Assembly: GCA_031367385.1 (NCBI GenBank)
Contig: JANLPS010000209.1
Location: 1 to 34,295 of the forward strand
DNA from: Archangium sp.
Lineage (GTDB): Bacteria; Myxococcota; Myxococcia; Myxococcales; Myxococcaceae
Direction of reading: 5' to 3'
Length of the DNA stretch: 34,295 nt
Shown here: positions 29,050-34,295 of the stretch, one piece after another
How the letters are laid out: each line of letters begins with the position of its first letter
How positions within the stretch are numbered: the first letter of the stretch is position 1
The notes under the pieces: generated by a model
What the model saw: only the letters and a program-made list of their open reading frames with translations
Databases searched by the model: none
Told to the model about the DNA's origin: nothing
Made by a program: the position numbers and the translations under genes

Positions 29050-30333
29050 ATGACGCCGAGCACCACGATGGCCGCAGCGCAGGTCGAAGAGCCGATGCAG
29101 CAGAAGAGCGGCTACAAGTACGCCGTGCTCGCGATGTTGATCGTCGCGTACATCTTCAACTTCGTCGACCGGCAGATTCTCGGCATTCTGGCGAGCTCAA
29201 TCAAAGGCGAGCTGGGGCTGAGCGACACCGACATCGGCAAGCTGGGTGGCCTGGCGTTCGCGGTCTTCTACACGGGGCTCGGCATACCGGTGGCGATCAT
29301 CGCTGACCGCTGGAGCCGCACCTGGATCATGACCGGCGCGCTCACCCTCTGGAGCGGCTTCACCGCGGCCTGCGGCTTGGCGACGGGCTTCGGCTCGCTG
29401 TTCTTGTTTCGCATGGGCGTGGGCATCGGCGAGGCGGGCGGCGTCGCCCCCGCGTACTCGTTGATTTCAGACTACTTTCCCAAGGCGCAGCGGGCTCGGG
29501 CGCTCGCGGTGTACTCGTTCGGCATACCGGTCGGCAGCGCGGCGGGGTTGTTGTTCGGTGGGCTCATCGCGCAAAAGGTGAGCTGGCGCGCGGCGTTCAT
29601 TGCGGTCGGCCTTGCGGGCCTGGTGTTGGCGCCGTTGTTTCGCATGGTGGTGCGCGAGCCGGCTCGCACGGCTCCGAAGCCCGCCGCTGAGGGCCTGGGC
29701 AAGACCTTCTCGGCATTGCTGAGCAAGCCGTCGTTCTGGTTGCTGGCCTTCGGCGCGGCGTCGTCATCGGTGTGTGGGTACGGCATCGCGTTCTGGTTGC
29801 CGTCGTTCTGCGACCGCAGCCTTCACCTCGACCTGGCGCAGCGCTCGTACTTCTTGAGCGCGATCACCTTCTTCGGCGGAGTGGCCGGCATCTGGAGTGG
29901 CGGTTGGCTCGCCGATCGCCTCGGCAACAAGTCGGTGGCGGCGTACCCGACGATACCGGCGGTGGCGTTCTTGTTGGCGATGCCGCTGAGCTTCGCGGCG
30001 TTGAACACCGAGTCGCTGGTGACGGCGTTCTTCTGCTTCTTGATACCGCAGGCGCTGAACCTGGTGTGGCTCGGGCCGATCTTGACGGCGGTGCAGCACC
30101 TGGTCGCTCCGGCGATGCGGTCGACGGCGTCGGCGGCGTTTCTGTTGGTGAACAACCTGCTCGGCATCGCCGGTGGCATTTATTACTTCGGCAAGGTCGC
30201 TGACGTGCTCAAGCCGCACTACGGCAACGAGTCGCTGCGGTACGCGCTGTACAGCGGGTTGGCGTTCTACTTCTTGGGCTCGATGCTGTTCTTGGCCGCG
30301 GCGCGAAGGCTCAAGCGCGACTGGGTCGGGTAA
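29050..30333 (+). CDS. MFS transporter (spinster-like)
   Basis: FNFVDRQIL, IADRWSR, RMGVGIGEAG, LISDYFP..RARA, GGWLADR and about 12 TM segments. Confidence 0.92.
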   Translation: MTPSTTMAAAQVEEPMQQKSGYKYAVLAMLIVAYIFNFVDRQILGILASSIKGELGLSDTDIGKLGGLAFAVFYTGLGIPVAIIADRWSRTWIMTGALTLWSGFTAACGLATGFGSLFLFRMGVGIGEAGGVAPAYSLISDYFPKAQRARALAVYSFGIPVGSAAGLLFGGLIAQKVSWRAAFIAVGLAGLVLAPLFRMVVREPARTAPKPAAEGLGKTFSALLSKPSFWLLAFGAASSSVCGYGIAFWLPSFCDRSLHLDLAQRSYFLSAITFFGGVAGIWSGGWLADRLGNKSVAAYPTIPAVAFLLAMPLSFAALNTESLVTAFFCFLIPQALNLVWLGPILTAVQHLVAPAMRSTASAAFLLVNNLLGIAGGIYYFGKVADVLKPHYGNESLRYALYSGLAFYFLGSMLFLAAARRLKRDWVG

Positions 30334-30375
30334 GAGCCTCGACAAGGCGAACGACTCCGAAATCGCGCTGACCCA

Positions 30376-30389
30376 ATTGTCCGGACAAT
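30376..30389. promoter_or_regulatory. perfect 14-bp palindrome, possible regulator site
   Basis: ATTGTCCGGACAAT is intergenic and lies about 75 nt before the next ATG. Confidence 0.35.
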
Positions 30390-30465
30390 CGACAACCCCG
30401 CGTGACCACAGTTGCGACGACGAACGATTCGCTTCGGCACGACGGCTTCGGCAATAGTCGCGCGC

Positions 30466-31632
30466 ATGAAGGCGAAGACGATTTGGCTCGCATCGATTCT
30501 GGTTCTCTCGGGTTGCCCCGCGGCACCCGGCGATGAAACCGATGGCGGCTCGATTCGAGATGCGGGGCCCTCGCGCGCCGACGCGGGCAGCATCACCGAC
30601 CCACGAGACGCGGGCACCGTTGTGCCAAGTGGCGATGCGGGCCTCGTGCCGCGTGACGCTGGTACAGCGCCTGCGACCGGCTCCGATGGCGGGCTGTTCA
30701 CGCACCCCCAACCGTGGACACGTGATGTCAGCGCCTCGACCAAAGCCACTCGTTCTGACGCCATCATTCAAGCGCTGATCGACCTCGGCGGCTGGGGCGC
30801 CGGCGCTCTCAAAATCGACTTTTCGATACCCATTTTCTACGCGTCGAGCTCGACGCCAAGACGAACCATCACCGCCAACACCGCGAGCGGCGCGTATTGT
30901 TACGGTGGCCCTGATTGCGACCCGGTACCGCTCCAAATGCCCGTGCCACTCGACGCGAACATCGAGGGCAGCACCGACTTCACCTGCGACACGTCGTACA
31001 ACAACCCTGACCAGGGCGATTGCCATCTGCTCGTCGTCGAGCAATCAGAGAAAAAGCTTTACGAGCTCTACAACTCGACTCAACAGGGCAGTGTCACGGG
31101 CCTGGTCGCCCTGGGCGCCTTCGTGTGGGACTTGAACGCCACCTACCCCGACAGCGAGCGCGGAGACGGCTGCACTTCGGCCGATGCGGCCGGCTTCCCC
31201 ATCGCGGGGTTGTTGGCGACGGCCGATGAAGTCGCGAGCGGGGCAGTCAATCACGCGATTCGCTTCATTCTGCCCAACCCGCGAATGAAGAAGGGCGTCT
31301 TCGTGCACCCCGCATCACACGCCGGCGGGCCTTCATCGACCAACGAAAACGCGCCCCCATACGGCGTTCGCTTTCGATTGAAGTCGACCTTTTCTGAAGC
31401 AGGCTACAGCGCCGGCGAAGTGGTCATTCTCAAGGCGCTCAAGAAGTACGGCATGATGCTCTCTGACGGAGGCAACATCGCCTTCACCTTCGCTGATGAC
31501 CGAACCTCGAGAGCGAAGTGGGCCGACCTCAACATCGATGCGAATTCATTCACGGCGATACCGGTGAATGCCTTCGAGGTCGTTGAGCTCGGGAGTGAGA
31601 TTTCTTCGTCAGCCGACTGCGTACGCAACTAA
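30466..31632 (+). CDS. lipoprotein of unknown function with a DAG-rich linker
   Basis: MKAKTIWLASILVLSG|C, then a globular domain with GDCHLLVV, LYELY, GCTSADAAGFPI, HAIRF, PYGVRFRLK and ALKKYGMMLSDGG. Confidence 0.8.
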   Translation: MKAKTIWLASILVLSGCPAAPGDETDGGSIRDAGPSRADAGSITDPRDAGTVVPSGDAGLVPRDAGTAPATGSDGGLFTHPQPWTRDVSASTKATRSDAIIQALIDLGGWGAGALKIDFSIPIFYASSSTPRRTITANTASGAYCYGGPDCDPVPLQMPVPLDANIEGSTDFTCDTSYNNPDQGDCHLLVVEQSEKKLYELYNSTQQGSVTGLVALGAFVWDLNATYPDSERGDGCTSADAAGFPIAGLLATADEVASGAVNHAIRFILPNPRMKKGVFVHPASHAGGPSSTNENAPPYGVRFRLKSTFSEAGYSAGEVVILKALKKYGMMLSDGGNIAFTFADDRTSRAKWADLNIDANSFTAIPVNAFEVVELGSEISSSADCVRN

Positions 31633-31761
31633 AATCGGTGAAGTCGCAAGCAGCGTTCTGGTTGTTGAAGTCAGCGTGGGTCGCCGGCGCTGTGCTTGAG
31701 TTGACCTCGATGGCGCGGAGCCTCCTGCTCGCGGTGCTGCTCGGTCGTCCCCTGCCCCGGG

Positions 31762-32070
31762 TCACGCTTTACGGCGCAACTTGCGCAGGACGAGCGTTGC
31801 CAGAGCGATGACAATGACTCCGCGAGTGCCGTCGAGGAGCAGCGCGTTCAATCTGTGGAGCTGCACGTACGCGACCACGCCGAAGACGAGCATGTGAACC
31901 CCGACGACGTAGGCGCAGACGAGCCCCTCGATGCGCCCGCGTTGGGTCCACACGATGGCCAGCACGTGTACCGCGATGTGGACCATGACCTGGAACGCCA
32001 CCACGAGCCCGAGGATCTCCATCGCAGGAGTGAACGCGACCTGGAAGCCCGTCGCGATGGTGGTGGGCAT
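31762..32070 (-). CDS. small membrane protein (about 3 TM), hypothetical; may be a fragment
   Basis: ATG start, three hydrophobic segments and a basic C-terminus. Confidence 0.55.
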   Translation of the reverse strand: MPTTIATGFQVAFTPAMEILGLVVAFQVMVHIAVHVLAIVWTQRGRIEGLVCAYVVGVHMLVFGVVAYVQLHRLNALLLDGTRGVIVIALATLVLRKLRRKA

Positions 32071-32241
32071 GTCGAACGCTCGCCGATCTGGCCAGACTCA
32101 CCAGCGCCCGCTCGACGCGGCCTTTCTGTTTCGCTGACGCAATTGACCCAGACGGGGTTCGGTTGCGTCGTCGCACTGGCGAGCTATGACGCCCTCGCGC
32201 CGTCAAAAGGGGTCACCCGGGTGGTGAAAGGTCGGCCGCGC

Positions 32242-34293
32242 TCACTTCTTCGACCGGCCCCACGCCTCGATCATCTCGGGCTCGAGCAGCAGCACGCTGT
32301 CGACGAACGCCGAGCCGTAGCGGGCCCTCGCGTGGTCGATGGTCGCCGGCGTGCCATCGCGAAACACGCGCACCCGATCGCTGACCTGAAATACGAACAA
32401 CCCGTCAATCACGGCGGTGAAGGCCTCCCGTTGCTGGGCGCCCAGCGGGCACGGCTCGAGGGCGCCGCTCTCGGTGCTGGGTGCTTCTCCGGCCAGCTGC
32501 TGATCAATCGCGTCATGCACTCGGGACCGCCAATGGATGTAGGCGAGCGCGGCCGTCTTGGGCAGCGCCGGCAGAATCCCAGCTCCGGGCTTCGCCAACA
32601 TCGGCATCTGCTTCGCGTCGAGCCCGGTGCTGGCTTTGAGCACGCCATTCTCGATGCTGGCAAAGCGCTTCATGACGGGTTGGTACCAGCGGCCGTCACC
32701 TTCGAGCACGATGGTCTCGTCGAAGAGCAGATCATTGCCATCGAAGATGCCGCGAACGCCGACACGAAGGTCTCTGACCGAGAGGCTGCCGGTGAAGAAC
32801 GGCGGGTGCACCGCTTCGATGACCAGGCTCAGCGCGCTGGTGCCTTCGGTGCCCAGCCACGTCGACGGAGCGAGCTCAAACGCGGCGGCATGCTCGAACG
32901 GCAACGGGTGCGCGAGGCGGTATGCGGCCAAGGCACGGCTGACCAACCGGGCGGCCTGAGCGGTCGGGCGCAGCCGTGCGCTCTCGAGCAGCAAGAGCTC
33001 TTCAGTGCCCTCGAGCGGTTTTTCGCGAATCACCTCGACCTGCCGCGGCGGAGGCGGCGCCGGCGCAACGGTCGATTTTTGGGACGTTCGGAAGAAGAGC
33101 AACCCGGGCACCGCCACGAGTGCCATGCCCCCGAGCACCCACAGCAGCGGCGAGGTGCGTCGCTCAGGGAGATTGACGAACTCGTAGGGCGCGGCACCGT
33201 GAAGCGCTGCATCGCGCAAACGCTTGTCGACCGCCGCCGCCTGCTCCGCCGAATCAGACGACTCGGCTTCTGCTCGAGGCGCCTGATCAGGTCGCGCGCG
33301 AATCACCGTCGGAGGCCGCACGGACTCCGTTGGAGCGAGCTCACGCCCACCTGGCATCACCGCCGGAGCCCGCGCCGACGGCTCTTCCCGGGGCGCTCCC
33401 CGTATCTCTGGGCGAGTGGGCGGCCTCGCCTCGGCGTGCGCAGGGCCCTCTGGTGAGTCGGCGATAGGCTTGAGCGCCACCGTGGGAGCCCGTTTCGGCG
33501 CGGCAGCCCCATCACCCACCTCGAGCTGAAACACGAGCGGCCCGTCGGGCTCTTCGACGTGGGCGAGCCCCCCGCGGTCGACCCATTCGCGCAGGGCCTC
33601 ATTGAGCGCCTTCGCCGAGGGGCATCGCTGAGGTGCTTCAGGCTCCATCGCCCAGCGCACGACCCGGTTCAGCTCGGTAGGGACGCCCGAAATCGCCGGA
33701 GGCGCACTCTTCATCGCCTGCATCAGCGCCGCGACCTGCTCGCCTTTGAAAGCCATCGAGCCCGACAGCAACCGGTACAGCGTCGCGCCACAGGCATACA
33801 CATCGGTGCGCGCATCGAGCGGGTCGCCCATCGCCTGCTCGGGTGACATGAACCCGGGAGTGCCCATGGTGAACCCCGACGCGGTCAGCTGGGTCGCGTC
33901 GCCGGCGGTGAGCTTCGCCAGCCCGAAATCGACCACCTTGACCTGGTCGATGAACACGCCGCTCTGGCCGCGAACGCGGGTCAGCATGATGTTGCCAGGC
34001 TTGATGTCGCGGTGAAGAATTCGAAGCGCGTGCGCCGCCTCCAGCGCCTGGAGTGCCTCGCTCATCACCGTGCAGGCCCGTCTCACGTCGAGGCGGCGAC
34101 CTCCCGAGGTCAGGTGGGCGAGGTCACGCCCTTCGATGAACTCCATCGCCATGAAGAACAGCCCGTCGGGCTCGAAGCCGCTCTCGTAGAGCTTCACCGC
34201 GTTGGGGTGGTCGAGCATGCGCAAGGCGGTGGCCTCGAAGCGCAGCCGTTTGGCGAGCTCGGGCTCCGCGTTTCGGGGTGGCAACACTTTGAT
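32242..34293 (-). CDS. Hanks-type Ser/Thr protein kinase with a TM helix and C-terminal domain (5'-partial)
   Basis: The frame is open to the window edge (IKVL). HRDIKPGN, DFGLAK, GTPGFMSPEQ and DVYACG are present, followed by a Pro/Ala linker and TM LLWVLGGMALVAVPGLLFF. Confidence 0.93.
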   Translation of the reverse strand: MKVLPPRNAEPELAKRLRFEATALRMLDHPNAVKLYESGFEPDGLFFMAMEFIEGRDLAHLTSGGRRLDVRRACTVMSEALQALEAAHALRILHRDIKPGNIMLTRVRGQSGVFIDQVKVVDFGLAKLTAGDATQLTASGFTMGTPGFMSPEQAMGDPLDARTDVYACGATLYRLLSGSMAFKGEQVAALMQAMKSAPPAISGVPTELNRVVRWAMEPEAPQRCPSAKALNEALREWVDRGGLAHVEEPDGPLVFQLEVGDGAAAPKRAPTVALKPIADSPEGPAHAEARPPTRPEIRGAPREEPSARAPAVMPGGRELAPTESVRPPTVIRARPDQAPRAEAESSDSAEQAAAVDKRLRDAALHGAAPYEFVNLPERRTSPLLWVLGGMALVAVPGLLFFRTSQKSTVAPAPPPPRQVEVIREKPLEGTEELLLLESARLRPTAQAARLVSRALAAYRLAHPLPFEHAAAFELAPSTWLGTEGTSALSLVIEAVHPPFFTGSLSVRDLRVGVRGIFDGNDLLFDETIVLEGDGRWYQPVMKRFASIENGVLKASTGLDAKQMPMLAKPGAGILPALPKTAALAYIHWRSRVHDAIDQQLAGEAPSTESGALEPCPLGAQQREAFTAVIDGLFVFQVSDRVRVFRDGTPATIDHARARYGSAFVDSVLLLEPEMIEAWGRSKK

Positions 34294-34295
34294 CG

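Noticed and set aside
31710..31761. Signal-peptide-like start MARSLLLAVLL on the plus strand
   Set aside because: It runs straight into an opposite-strand gene with no convincing protein. At most a remnant.
31855..33456. 533-aa plus-strand ORF and similar long antisense ORFs (5745-7274, 22004-23038, 26144-27406)
   Set aside because: Each lies opposite a well-supported gene. Stop-free shadow frames are expected at high GC.

Overview
High-GC window whose gene content points to a myxobacterium (Myxococcota): a DUF1592/DUF1552 pair, a MYXO-CTERM surface protein, lipoproteins with DAG-rich linkers and a Hanks-type kinase. Recognisable housekeeping genes are tatB-tatC, a GT9 heptosyltransferase, mnmE, trxA plus a TlpA-like reductase, a MATE pump, glpK, skp/ompH and a TetR-MFS pair, interspersed with accessory secreted-protein genes. 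I see no rRNA, tRNA, CRISPR array, integrase or transposase. The most interesting observation is absent from the ORF track: a 35-aa double-glycine-leader peptide gene (18693-18800, minus strand; MKKLTKKPSLNLKPLSADQAKKVVGG|IGWPSHAAA) with its own intrinsic terminator. It converges on a JmjC/cupin Fe(II)/2-oxoglutarate oxygenase directly after mnmE, making a candidate minimal RiPP system. Other observations: a deleted duplicate of the tlpA 3' end bracketing a 3-kb surface-protein gene, a hierarchical 21/126-bp non-coding tandem repeat, a TatC with a ~160-aa periplasmic insertion next to a 29-aa-repeat helical protein, a phosphoesterase-family protein with substituted active-site motifs, and a hidden 46-aa membrane peptide. 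All family calls come from reading motifs by eye; no database search was run.
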